A stretch of DNA of 64,000 nucleotides from Eledone cirrhosa (taxonomy: Eukaryota), in NCBI GenBank assembly GCA_964016885.1, contig OZ024742.1, positions 106,888,001 to 106,952,000 on the forward strand, in the 5' to 3' direction. Of this stretch, positions 38,599-56,718 are shown piece after piece. The notes below the pieces were generated by a model, which searched no databases, was not told the origin of the DNA, and was given only the letters and a program-made list of their open reading frames with translations. Every line of letters starts with the position of its first letter. Position 1 is the first letter of the stretch. A program made the translations under genes and the position numbers.

Positions 38599-39425
38599 AT
38601 CATCATCATCATCATCATCAACGTTTAACGTCCGTGTTCCACGCTTGCATGGGTTTGGACGGGGGTAGTCCCACTTGAGGCAAGAGTGATTGTCTTGCTC
38701 GCATAGGACTGTCTGGCAGGTTTTCTACAGTTGGATGCCCTTCCTAACACCAACCACATTTACAGTGTGGGTCTGGGAGGTTTTTACCGTGTTGCCTACA
38801 CGGCCACATTACAGCGTGGACTGTGTGTTTTTTTGTCGTGACACCTACACGATCTCATTTGTTTCGGCCCGGATGGCGCGGCACCAACATAACTTTACAT
38901 AGGACGGGGTGGTGTGGATGGGGTGGGGGTGGTGGTGGTGGGACGGGGTGTATTTTGTTAGAGATGCCTACTGGCAAGGCGGGTCTTCTCTGTTACTGAG
39001 TACCGCCAAAGGTCTCGGTCCAGTGACATTGTCTTGGAGAGGTGTAAGTGTGTGAGGTCGGAGTTTATCAGCTCGTCCCAGGTTTTTCTAGGTCTGCCTA
39101 TTCCGTGGCTACCGTCTATCTTTATTGCCCTGCACTTTGTTATACAGCTATCGACTTTCATGCGCATCACGTGTCCATACCAACGTAGCCTTCTCTCGAG
39201 TAAACAACATCTGATCCCTCTTATCTCTAATTTTTTCCTTAGTTCGTTTATGCTTTGCCGTTCACGTATATTACTGTTACACATCCAGCGGAGCATGCAA
39301 GCTTCGTTCCTCTCTAGTCTGCGTATATCCTCTGCACACAATGCCCAGGTCTCACTGCCATGCAACATTGCTGTTCGTATGCAGGCATCGTACAACCTGC
39401 CTTTCATTTTTAGGGAGAACCCTTT
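38599..39425 (-). mobile_element. Young 5'-truncated RTE LINE (copy A) embedded in TA satellite
   Basis: Uninterrupted [15 protein letters not shown]...KTRLASRHL* followed by 3'UTR and (GAT)n tail; both ends abut (TA)n-type repeats. Confidence 0.93.
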
Positions 39426-40104
39426 ATATATACATATATATACATATATATATATACATATATATATACATGTATACATATATATATATACATATATACA
39501 GATATATATATACATACATATATATATATACATATATATATATACATATATATAAATAGATATATATATACATACATATATATATATACATATATATAGA
39601 TATATATATACATACATATATATAGATATATATATACATACATATATATAGATATATATATACATACATATATATATACATACATATATATATATACATA
39701 TATATATAAATAGATATATAAATAGATATATAAATAGATATATAAATAGATATATATATACATATATATAAATAGATATATATATATACATACATATATA
39801 TATATACATATATATAAATAGATATATATATACATACATATATATATATATAAATACATATATATATATATAAATACATATATATATATAAATATATATA
39901 TAAATAGATATATATATACATACATATATATATACATACATATATAAATAGATATATATATACATACATATATATATACATACATATATATATACATACA
40001 TATATACATACATATATATATACATATACATACATATATATATACATACATATATATATACATACATATATATATACATATACATATATATACATATACA
40101 TATA
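39426..40104. repeat. (TA)n-derived satellite block with TACA, TAGA and TAAA variants
   Basis: Direct reading; includes a 12-bp aatagatatata unit repeated about four times. Confidence 0.95.
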
Positions 40105-41760
40105 CATCATCATCATCATCATCATCACCGTTTTACGTCCGTTCTTCCACGCTAGCATGGGTTAGACGGGTTGTCCTGTTGTGGGCAGTGTCTGGTCGGC
40201 TGACCATGCCTTGCTCATACAGGAACTGATCTGGCTTGATTTCTACAGCTGGATGCCTTTCCTAACACCAACCTCATTTACAGTGAGTGCTGGGTGCTTT
40301 TTCGTGGCGCGCCTACACGTCCACTTTACAGTGTGGGCTGGGTGCTTTTTTGCCGTGGCACCTCCACGACCACCTTGCGGTGGGGGGGGGGGGGCATATT
40401 GTTTATATGCTTCAGCATGTACCCATGGGAGGTCGGGTACCCTGTATTACTGCGTGACGCCAGAAGTCACGGTCGTGTGTCATTGACTTTGAGAGGTGTA
40501 GTTGGGTAAGGTCGGCTTTTATCACCTCATCCCAAGTCATCTTGGGTCTCCCCACTCCGCGGTTTCCATCAACTTCTAGTGCTCTGCACCTTTTTATGCA
40601 GCTGTCATCCTTCATACGCATCACATGTCCATACCAGCGTAACCGCCTCTCCTGCACGCAGCATTTGATTCCTCTTATGCTCAGTCTCTCTCTCAATTCC
40701 TTTATGCTTTGTCGTTCACGTATATTACTGTTACACATCCATCGGAGCATGCAGGCTTCGTTTCTCTCTAATCTACGTAAGTCTTCCACCTTCAGCGCCC
40801 AGGTCTCACTACCATGCAACATCGCTGTTCGGATACACGCATCATACAGTCTGCCTTTCATTCTGAGGGAGAAGCCTTTTGCAGCTAGCAGTGGTAGTAG
40901 TTCCCTAAACTTCTTCCATCCCGTTCTTACCCTAGTTATTGTACTTTCTGAGCACCCACCTCCATTGCTAATTCGGTCACCTAGGTAGCAGAAGCTGTCT
41001 ACTGTTTCTACAGGGCCCTCCCAGAGATTGGTGGTACTTGTTTCCTGTGGCTGTTTGCTTGCTGTTTCAGCACAGCTGCTGCATGTGAATCCTACATTCT
41101 TAATTAAGCTTCCTGAGATCCCGCTACATCTCTTGTGTACCCATTGTTTGCATTTGGGGCAGAGAATGGAGTTCCTACCTACACCTTTCCTACATACTGA
41201 GCAAGGCCATTTCCCTGAGGGGATCTGGGTTCTGTTTTCTCGTCTACTTATAAGGACCTTAGTCTTTGTCATGTTGACTTTGAGGCCCTTTCTCTCTAGT
41301 CCCTGCTTCCAGGTTTGGAATTTATTCTCTAGTTCTACCATAGATTCAGCTATGAGTGCGAGGTCATCAGCATACAGGAGTTCCCATGGGCATCCGGTCT
41401 TAAACTCCTCCGTTATTGCCTGCAGGACTATGATGAACAGGAGAGGGCTAAGAACAGAGCCCTGGTGGACCCCAACCTGTACGCTAAATTCCTCGCTATA
41501 CTCATTGCCAATCCTAACTTTGCTGACTGCTCCCCTATACATGGCTTGTACCGCTTTCACAAGCCATTCATCTACTCCTAGTTTTCTAAGAGCCCACAAG
41601 ATTACTGCACGTGGAACTCTGTCAAAGGCTTTCTCAAGTTCGACAAATGCCAAGTAGAGTGGCTTACTTTTAGCTAGGTACTTTTCCTGTAATTGCCTCA
41701 CAAGGAAGAGGGCATCAGTGGTGCCTTTCCCTGGTACAAACCCAAATTGCATCTCGTCTA
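40105..41760 (-). mobile_element. Young RTE LINE, 5'-truncated inside the RT domain, ORF uninterrupted to its stop
   Basis: [18 protein letters not shown]...[14 protein letters not shown]...LLYADDL...CSVCRKG...RRLRWYGHV; (GAT)n tail at 40105. Confidence 0.95.
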
Positions 41761-42692
<932 letters not shown>

Positions 42693-42694
<2 letters not shown>

Positions 42695-44100
42695 CTCTTT
42701 TACTCTTTTACTCTTTTACCTGTTTCAGCCATCCGGCTGAGGCCATGCTGGGGCACCGCCCTTGTTGCTACACATTTTATCTCCAGCCTGTATAGGTTGG
42801 CCACTGGTGTAGGAGGGAGTTTGTTGCTGCTGCCCTTAGGTTTCCCTCGTGTCTTGCTGTGGGCTCATCCGGGATCCTGGATAACAAGGTGTCGAGATGT
42901 TTCTTAAAGACATCCACCTCCACGTCATGCAAGTCTCGCAGATGCCTCGGCAGCCTGTTGAAGAGTTGAGGGCCCCTGAATCCCAGGCTATTGCAATACC
43001 TGCTCCTTATTCTAGTGGAAGACGGGACCTTTGCACCACACAGTGACGTCCTGTTCGACGGTTGGTCCAGCTCCCAATGCCAAAGTTTGGTGCTAGTCCC
43101 TCCAGGATTTTCCACATGTAGATCACTGCGTATCTCTCCCGTCTTCGCTCCAAGGAGTAGAGGTTCAGTTCCTTCAGCCTCTCCCAGTAGCTTGTCTCCC
43201 TCATCTTGGCAATCCTCTTGGTGTAGCTTCGCTGGATTGCCTCAAGCTCTGTGGTTATTTTGACACTATGGGGTGACCACAGCTGGGAGCAGTAGTCCAG
43301 GCGGCTTAGGACAAAAGTCCTCCACAGTGTCAACATGGTGTCTCGATCTCTTGTAAGGAAAGTCCTCAAGATCCAGCCAGCGAATCGTCTACATGCTGTC
43401 GCCACCTTCATGATGTGTGAAGAAAAAGATACATCATCGCTCATGTCTATGCCCAGGTCTCGTATCGATTTTGACACGGGGATATCGGTCCCTCCTGGTC
43501 CTGTGTAGCTGTGTTCCGCTATATTTGTGTTTGTGTTTGCAGGTTTGTATTGTAGGGCTTGGAATTTGCCAGCATTAAACTGCATGTTGTTTTCTTCCGC
43601 CCATCTGTATATGGCATCCAGATCCTGCTGTAAGAGGGCAGCGTCAGCCGGGTTTTTGATTGCCTGTGCTACCTTAGTGTCATCAGCATAGCTAGTGGGG
43701 GATGTTGTTGCATGCACCACAGAAGGCATGTCCGAGAGAGCCACCAAAAACAGTAGTGGTCCCAGGACTGTCCCCTGAGGCACCCCACTTGTTATCGGTG
43801 TCTCCCTCGAGAGGGCCCCATTTGCTGCGACTGCCTGGCTTCTGTCCCTCAGGAAGCCATGCAGCCACTCACCTACTTTTCCAGTTATGCCGAGTCCGTG
43901 TAGTTTGTGACATATCATTCCGTGGTCGACCTTGTCAAAGGCCTTCGCAAAGTCAAGATATATCACGTCTACATGTCAGCTGTCTAGTAGCTGTCTCAGT
44001 ACCCAGTCGTAGTGATGTAGCAGCTGTGTAAGGCAGCTTCTTCCTGGGCGGAAGCCATGTTGCGTGCTAGTCAGGCGGTCATTTTCTTCGAGGAAAGTGA
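42693..44100 (-). mobile_element. 5'-truncated CR1-group LINE RT with (GTAAAAGA)n tail
   Basis: [15 protein letters not shown]...IYLDFAKAFDKVDH...SGVPQGTVLGPLLF...YADDTK...LDYCSQLWSP; one stop and one frameshift; tail tactcttttactcttttactctttt on the plus strand. Confidence 0.92.
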
Positions 44101-44530
<430 letters not shown>

Positions 44531-44531
<1 letters not shown>

Positions 44532-45225
44532 GTGCTCGGTGTGCAGGAAAGGCGCAGGCAGAAACTCCATTCTATGTCCCAAATGCAAAGCACGGGTGCA
44601 CAAAAGATGCAGTGGGATCACAGGTAAGCCAACCAAGAACATAGATTCCACATGTGGCCGGTGCTCCGGTGCAACAAGTAGCAGCAAGTGCCCACAAAAC
44701 ACCAGCTCCTTCAATTGCGCAGAGGGCTCCACAGAAATAGTGGACAGCCTCCGCTACCTGGGCGATAAAATCAGCAGTGGGGGAGGGTGCTCTGAAAGTA
44801 CCGCAGCTAGAGTCAGAACTGGTTGGAAAAAGTTCAGAGAGCTTATACCACCATTAGCCGCCAAAGGGTCCTCACGAAAAATAAAAGGCAGGCTGTACGA
44901 TGCCCGCATACGAACAGCAATGCTGCATGGCAGTGAGACCCGGGCACTGTGTGCAGAGGACACACGCAGACCAGAGAGGAACGAAGCCTGCATGCTCCGC
45001 CGGATGTGCAACAGTAACACACGTGAACGGCAAAGCACAAACGAACCAAGGAAAAAATCAGAGACAAGAGGGATCAGATGTTGTTCACTCGAGAGAAGGC
45101 CACGTTGGTATGGACACGCGACGCGCATGAAAGTCGACAGCTGCACAACAAAGTGCAGGGCAACAAAGATAGACGGCAGTCACGGAATAGGCAGACCCAG
45201 AAAAACCCGGGACGAGCTGACAAAC
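44531..45225 (+). mobile_element. Internal RTE LINE fragment (copy B), truncated at both ends, T>C hypermutated
   Basis: Colinear with copy A, but conserved W, L, I, V, F and C residues read R, P/S, T, A, S and R; no 3'UTR or tail; bounded by TA satellite. Confidence 0.93.
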
Positions 45226-49062
<3,837 letters not shown>

Positions 49063-49209
49063 TTGTTATACTTTGGGAGGGTCATGTTGCCAATAAGAAA
49101 CACACGCACCAGTTGCTTTCACTTCAATTTATTATATATTTATAAATTTACAAACTTATAAAATTCTGGTTGGTTGGTTGGTTCCACAACCAGATAGTTG
49201 TTTATATAT

Positions 49210-49254
49210 AGTCATAGTCCTTTCGTCACACACTCTGTGACCTCTTCAGTGACT
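49210..49254 (-). ncRNA. Candidate minimal type I hammerhead ribozyme within a probable Penelope pLTR fragment (49063-49320)
   Basis: AGUCA-CUGAAGA-G-GUCACA(GAGUG)UGUGAC-GAAA-GGAC-UA-UGACU: 5-bp stem I, 6-bp stem II, short stem III, CUA cleavage triplet; one extra G before stem II. Confidence 0.6.
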
Positions 49255-49348
49255 GGGGATTTTTTTCCTTTGTTTCTGTGCCTTTCCTTTCTTCTATCCT
49301 ACGCCATTTTGTTTCTGTGACACACAGAAACAAAATGGCGTAGGATAG

Positions 49349-49500
49349 GTGTTAGGAAGGGCATCCAGCTGTAGAAAACCCGCCAGACAGTCCTATGCGA
49401 GCAAGACAATCACTCTTGCCTCAAGTGGGAAAACCCCCGTCCAAACCCATGCAAGCGTGGAACATGGACGTTAAACGATGATGATGATGATGATGATGAT
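49349..49500 (+). mobile_element. RTE LINE 3' end with (GAT)n tail running into TA/TACA repeat
   Basis: Near reverse-complement match to the 3'UTR of copy A (38600-38750). Confidence 0.9.
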
Positions 49501-49516
49501 ATACATATATATATAC

Positions 49517-49551
<35 letters not shown>

Positions 49552-50694
49552 CATTTATATATATATATACATATATATATAAGCTATATATGAGCTATTT
49601 ATCTTACTGGTAATAAGGTAGTAATAAATTACTGACCTTCACTGTTTAAGGTTTAAAATATACATAACCATAAATAGTATCCTTAATATTATATATATAT
49701 ATGTTGTTGGTCTCACAATAACAAAAACACCCAGTTCACCCTGTAAGGTGGTTTTACTGGTAATATGACAAAAAGGCATCACCAATCCACTCTGTAAGGC
49801 AGTTGTGCTGATAACAAAAAACACTGTAAAGTGGTCATGCTGGTGAAACGAGAAAAAATACTCAGTCGACGCTGTAAGGTCGTCATTTGGGTGCCATGAG
49901 AAAAAGCACCCAGTCCACGCAATATGGTTGGTGTTAGGAAAAGTATCAAACCATCGAAACCAGCCAAAATACAAATCCATATGAGCAAAATGTTGGGTCT
50001 GAACCTGACTTGTCTCATAACGTGACAACCCACCTAAACCATACAAGCATGGAAAATGTTTGTTAAATGATGTTGATATATGTATGTAACACATACATAA
50101 ACTTAGATGTGCAGACTATTCACAGAAAACCTGAGGTGTGTGAGTGTGTATGTGTGTAATGTATACAGTAAGTGGGTTTGAAATGTAAACTAGTAGTAGT
50201 AGTAGTAGCAGCAGCAACAACAATAGGGGTGGTAATGAAGAGAATGATGTTTGAACAGTATATGCTGATGTAAATCACTTAGTGGAAACTATGGTTTTAT
50301 TTACTGACAAGACAGTGAATTGATACCTATTTCATATACACACACACACACGTGCACAAGATATTTTAAAAGTTGTATAAAGAGTAAAATTAAGCAGGCA
50401 AAGGGTAGCAGTTCATTCTTCTTTAGAGATAGCCATAAACATTTTTTACAGACTGAGTGTATATAGTATATATGTGAATGTATATAGTATAAAGCAACAC
50501 TATCTGTACAAGTTGGTATAATATAAACAATAACAAATTGATAATCAACAGGTAAGTGGTGTGTATATACAAATGTAGACACACACACATACAAATGTGA
50601 TATTCACAGAGAAATAGATACGCATCCACAGTCACATTTACACACACACATGCAAACAAATACATTCTTTCTCACACACACACACAACACTGGA

Positions 50695-51000
50695 CCTCTG
50701 TTGATTTCAACAATAGAGCAGTATGCTCAAGGGCTGAGCATTCTACAGATGTGTCTCCTTTATATAATTCTAAGAGAATCAGCATGACATGATGTGTGAC
50801 AAGGCTGGCCCTTTTAATTTTATGTACAGCACATATGATGGGCTTTCAAACAGTTTCCATTTACCCAATTTCACTCACAAGGCATGGAGTGACCTGAGGC
50901 TATAATAAATGACACTTGCACAAGATGTCATGTAGTGGGATGGAACCTGGGACTTACTGATTGAAAAGCAAAGCAAACTACTTAACAATTCAGCCATGAT
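50695..51000 (-). mobile_element. tRNA-derived SINE (related copies at ~26.6-27.0 and 52.4-52.8 kb)
   Basis: Minus strand reads catggctgaattgttaagtagtttgct...ccaggttccatcccactacatgacatcttgtgcaagtgtc...ccttgtgagtgaaattggg, a head-plus-core layout. Confidence 0.65.
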
Positions 51001-53834
51001 GCATTTACACACACACAAAGTTTGTAAACCATGTATGAGTTATGTTTAGGTAGAAACCTTTTGAGAGAGGGTGTTTAGTTATGAAAGAAATATCAAATAC
51101 ATCAATCACATGTGAGATACTGACATACAAATATTACACTGCCACCACCACCAGCTTGTACTATAGGGATCAGAAATACATTACCACTACCACTGTTGTT
51201 GTTGTTTTGCTGTTCAATCCTAGATCAACCCTGATCCACAAGACTTTTGATCAAATGCATCAATTTTGTTTTTCAAAAACAATGTATCTAGGACATCCCC
51301 TTTAAATGCTGGATGAAATTGTGACACATCCTTCAGTTTACAAACTTCACTTGCCTCACTTTTAGGAGACAGTACACTTATTTGGAGCTTCTTTGAATTA
51401 TTCGGATTAATTATTTCCTTAAGAAGTTCATTCCTTCTGATAAAATCCTAGCTATCAGGGTGGTCTCAAAACTGAGAAGAATTTTATGGTCCATTTAACA
51501 TATAGGCTGAAATGGATATACAATACATGTTTACATATATATTTAATATCTATGTGTGTTTTAATAGATATAGAATTACACCAATTATAAACTTTTATTT
51601 TGGAGAATAACAATATCTACCCAAGATTTTCTGCATTATCAGCATCATTTAAGCCGGATCCGTATATAAGTTGACCCTCCCCACTACTTTATGTTTGAGA
51701 AATGTGCAAAAGTTCAAACCCCATTTATAAACCTAGGCAGCTGTGGAACACACTGTTGAGGTCAGCAGTCGCCAAAACTTTTGTACATCACAGACCACTA
51801 AATTCATGATTTTATATCCCGCGGACCTCTAGTATGAATTTTTTTAATAAGATAAATACATTAAAATTTTTCTGCAGACCACTGGTTGGCAACTGTTGGT
51901 TTAGATGGCATATATAAGCCAACTCCCCATTATACCATAAATTTGTTGTCTTATTCCTTGGCTTATATTCAAGTATATACGGTATAATGGTAATAATGAC
52001 AGTAGAATCAGATGTGTGTCTAATGACATGCATGTGCCAATTAGTTGTAAGAAGGAACTAAAGTTGCCTTAAACCTTTCAGAATACAATAAATACATTGC
52101 CATCTAAAGTATCTTTAACAACAATAAATTATTACCATTATAGAAACAAATATATCTGCTCAATGCAGCAGCTACCTCTTTAAACTGTACCATCTTCAGA
52201 TTAGGAAAGTTTAGATAATAAAAGAAAAGAATTATATATAAAGTTTGCAGAAACATTTTTCAAGGAATCTAAATTAAGACAAAAATAGCAAAATGGCTAC
52301 TAATGTGTGATTAAAATTAACAAATGTGCATTTATATTGGAACTGGGGGTGGCACTATGTTATATAATGTATATGTGAGTGTAGGATGCAGGTACTGCTG
52401 AATGGTTCAAAAACTTGGTTAGCAATCATGAGGTCCTAAGTTTGACCTCATTGTGCAACACCTCCATGTGAAGTGAAACTGGGAAGGTAGAAACTGTGTA
52501 GAAACCTGTCGAAATGAAAGTATCTGCATTCTCTCACCTCTTTCTGTTCAAACTGGCTGTAACCAGCCACTCATACTGATATTAAGGTATTGTTCTCAAA
52601 ATAAATAATATCAAAGTCTCATAGATTAGATATTATGTGAAATAATTATGTGAGGTAAAGCCTTTACCTTGAAAATATAATAGTAAATATAGAGTAATAT
52701 AAATGCTAAAGGGTTAAAGGGCTAGCTGTGTCATACATTGTCATGCTGATATTGCCTTTGCCTGTTAAAGGTACAAGTGTCTGTACAATACACAGACACA
52801 TACATTGTAATTCAATAAATAGATAGTGCCACTGATAAAAAAACTGAAATTCTCATTGATTAACAAATTGAGAGTCTATTTATATATGTATATCATACTA
52901 CTGGGGAACTTTGAATTCATAATTGTTGAGAAGCATCATACTTCTAATACAAAACAGAATAACAAAGTTGACTATAAAGTAAAACCTGTACATGTACTTT
53001 ACTTGTACTTGTGTTGACATTCCCCCCTGATAGTTTGAACCAGTTCCAACCAGTGAATTCAGAGCATTGAGAACAGAGGTCACCCAGGCATAGTGATCAC
53101 AAACATCTGATGTGGATAGTGCCAAATAATTAAGATTCCAACAGTGTGAATACCATATTATGTGAGGAACTGATATCAGTTGAAGATGCAACTTGCTAAT
53201 CTGCATTTTTAACTGTCAACCTCACAGCCAAGAGGGGTTCTGACAGGAATATATCACAGATGGATTCCCATCATGAGCAGTGAAATGCTTGGACAAATCA
53301 ACAACAGGACATTTTGGGTAGCTGTTGGAAGGCAATGGCAAATTTCAGAGGTTGGCACAAAATCTAATTCATGAAACATGGAAGATCAAAAATTTCCAGC
53401 TCACATAAATCTGCTACTTTTGTTGGCCATATCACAGTCACATATAGAAAGAGGTGTGCATGAGCACTCAATGGATGGGTTTTTGTGGCTTGGTGGATTT
53501 CTGACCTAGACATAAAGTTTGACCTAAACTGATAGCAAATCCAGTATGCTAGACTTTTTTAATTGATTGTTTGCATACCACCAGAATACCACTAAAGCAT
53601 GATAACAACAACAATTCTTTCTACTTTAGGCACAAGGCCAGAAATGATTTGGGAGGAGAAAGTCGATTATATTGAGACCAGTACTTTACTGATACTTTAT
53701 TTTGCATGCATGGTCCTGTAACTCCTGACGGAATCGTAGGGGTGCCATATTGACATATGGCATTTCTTGGGCATTTTAAACCTGGAAGAGCACATCCATT
53801 TCCAGATCTGAACACAGCAGATTTATTTCGGAGA

Positions 53835-53887
<53 letters not shown>

Positions 53888-55166
53888 TGTGTGTGTGAAA
53901 AAGAGATATAATGGAAGAATCAAACCCAGTATTAGATCGGTACTTTTTTTTATCGACCTCAAATGGATGAAAGGCAAATTTGACCTCATTTGAACCGAGA
54001 GAGCAGAAAGCTGGAACAAATACTGCAAAAACATTCTATCCAACGTTCTAATGACTCTACCGATTCGCCATCCTCAATAATAATGATTTCTCTTTATTTA
54101 ATAATGATTTCTCAATAATAATAATAACCAAATTTAGTAAAAGTTGTAAAATTAAAAATAAAAAAAAATAAAAACATAAATGATGTCCCCCTCCCCAAGT
54201 CAGCACCAATGAAGATGTTAGATGGAGCCTATAACAAAAAGAAAAACTGCCGGCAACTAGGAGTGCTTTAGCTACCATTTACATAAGTTTCAGCTAGTAG
54301 TTAGTAGGCCTCAGGCTACTAACACCACCATCACCACATCATCATCGGCAACAAAAACATCAACATCTTTTCTGACATATTAATTATGGAGAATGACACA
54401 TTGTGTTATGAAATCTAATAATGCATGTGCCCACACCAACACCAACACACATATACACACTTAATCTTAATGAGCCTTTGTTTAGATAAACAAAGTTTTA
54501 TGATTAGCAATGTTGTTGAAAGCAACAGTAGCAGTAGTAATAGTAGTAGTAGCAGCAGCAGAGGCAGTTAAAATCTAGACAGCCCTACATCATAAGGTAA
54601 TTTGCAAATGTCCATTGTCAGTGGATTGTCAATGTTGGCATTTTACTCATTTTTAAAAAATAAATCCCTTAAACAGATTAAAATTCTATTTAACATGTCA
54701 CATAATCGTATTGCCATAGTTTTATATACTTACGTGTCTGCATGCACGCTAATACACGCCACACGCACATATATAATCATCAACGTCATCATAATTTTCT
54801 CATCCACATTTCTACGCTGGCATGAGTTGGACTAGACATCTTGAGACAATGTTTTACAACCAAGTGTCCTTCCTGATACCAACCCTTTTAGTCACCTCTT
54901 ACGACATGCAGGGTGCACCTACTCTAAAAGCTAATTATTCTTCCACAAACACACCTTGCCCAGGCTTCTGCCTCTGAGGGAAACTTTCAAGGTGCAAAAC
55001 CATGGACATTTGTGACTGAAGGGGGCCTCATATATATACTCCAAATACTAGAGCATTATATATATGTTCCAAACCCATGCTAGCGTGGAAGATGGACGTT
55101 AAACGATGATGATGATATATATATTTATAGCCCTTTTGGGATTTTAGTCTTCTAATTTATTATTAT

Positions 55167-55209
<43 letters not shown>

Positions 55210-55316
55210 CATACATTGAGTTAGAAACTCAAAATAGTCTTTTACAATTAAATAGCTCAAAGAAAGGAATCTTTCCGAGCCATGTAATATAATTGAATAT
55301 ATGAGAGAGATGAACG

Positions 55317-55567
55317 CACATCTGATCTCCGCGAGAGTAAGTGAGAAAGAGGCAGCTATGCCAAAAATCTTTTCCTGAGCGCAGTCTTTTTCGTTGCTAT
55401 GGCAATGCGGCTGGACTGCCGATCGCTATATTTGATTTGCAAAGCTGTCTAAACGTATTGTTATAACTCTGGGGTATTATTCTCCATCGAGTGCTAAAGC
55501 TACATTCCGAATTTGCATTCGTTAGCTTAGCTGCAGCCTAAAGCTTCGTTAATGCTGTACTAAAATT

Positions 55568-55598
<31 letters not shown>

Positions 55599-55637
55599 CT
55601 GCTTCTTTCTCACTTACTCTCGCGGAGGTCAGGCGTG
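55317..55637. repeat. Inverted repeat with 43-bp arms around a ~235-bp CpG-enriched spacer
   Basis: 55317-55359 versus 55595-55637, 4 mismatches, all transitions. Confidence 0.85.
55393..55406. promoter_or_regulatory. RFX X-box-like palindrome GTTGCTATGGCAAT (octamer ATTTGCAT at 55511-55518)
   Basis: Close match to the X-box consensus GTTGCCATGGCAAC, inside a locally CpG-rich patch; function not shown. Confidence 0.35.
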
Positions 55638-56678
55638 TTTTTTTTTCTCGTCCACACCAATCTTGAACTTATGTTCAGTAATTGATGTTGACTTTAATTT
55701 TTCTTTCTCTCTTCCAGTTGCTCACACACCTGCTTCGGGTTTCCCTCTTCGGTTTGTTGCTTCCCATTTTTTTTTGCTGTTTTTTCCTTTTTCTTCCCTC
55801 TTCCATTCTGTTACTATTTTTTTCTCTCCCCCCCCCCCCCCCCCCCCCCCAATAACTTCCTTGAGTTATTGACACCCTGAGGTTAGACATATTGTCTTTA
55901 ATGCACTGAAATGTCCAAGACCCCCAGCAGACAACTGATGAAGAAAAATTTTCTCCCGAACCACCTTACATTCGAAATTCAGAATTTGTTCAATGCTTCA
56001 TGAATATGACAAATTCAATGTTTGCACTTTTTGGCTAATAGATAAAGCTGAAAAATGACAAGAATATGTCCAGTTTCACTTTGGTGCAATGGTAGCACAG
56101 TTGCCCAGCCACTCCACACACCCTACCCGATCCTCCCTTTCCCATTCTGTCCACTGTGTTGATGACAACAGTCCACACTGTAAGGTGGTCGTGTAGCAGA
56201 CATGGAAAAAAGGCTCCCAGTCCACACTGTAAATGTGATTGGTGTTAGGAAGGGCATCCAGCTGTAAAAAACCTGCCAGGGACACTCCCGTACAAGCGAG
56301 ACATGGTCTCCCGACCATTCCCGCATCAAATGGAACAAAACCGTCTAACCTATGCTAGCGTGGAAGATGGACATTAAATGATGATGATGATGATTATATA
56401 TATATATGGTTTGTTGTCAAAACTGTTGTGTATGTGAATGCAGGGAGGGTCACCAGAAAAGGAAATGGTGGTGGAAGAAAATGACTGAAGGGGAATGAGA
56501 GAATGATGTAATACACAATCTGTTATATCTGGAAAGGAAGCTATTTCTTAGATGCACTTCTTGATAAAGGTCAGGTTAAAGTGAACTTATGTAGAAGGGG
56601 ATTTTGCTAGCTATTAAAGTTAAAATTCAGCCATGCTCTCACAGAATGCAAGAAGCATACCCCTTTTTAATTGCAACT

Positions 56679-56718
<40 letters not shown>

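Noticed and set aside
39063-39425. Alternative polarity: copy A derived from copy B by C>T (CpG decay or APOBEC)
   Set aside because: Other RTE copies in the window share A's residues, B's alleles destroy conserved Trp/Leu/Ile, and most of the sites are not CpG.
52898-53206. 102-aa minus-strand ORF as a candidate upstream Abl exon
   Set aside because: No Abl, SH3 or SH2 motifs and no good splice boundaries; more likely decayed repeat sequence.
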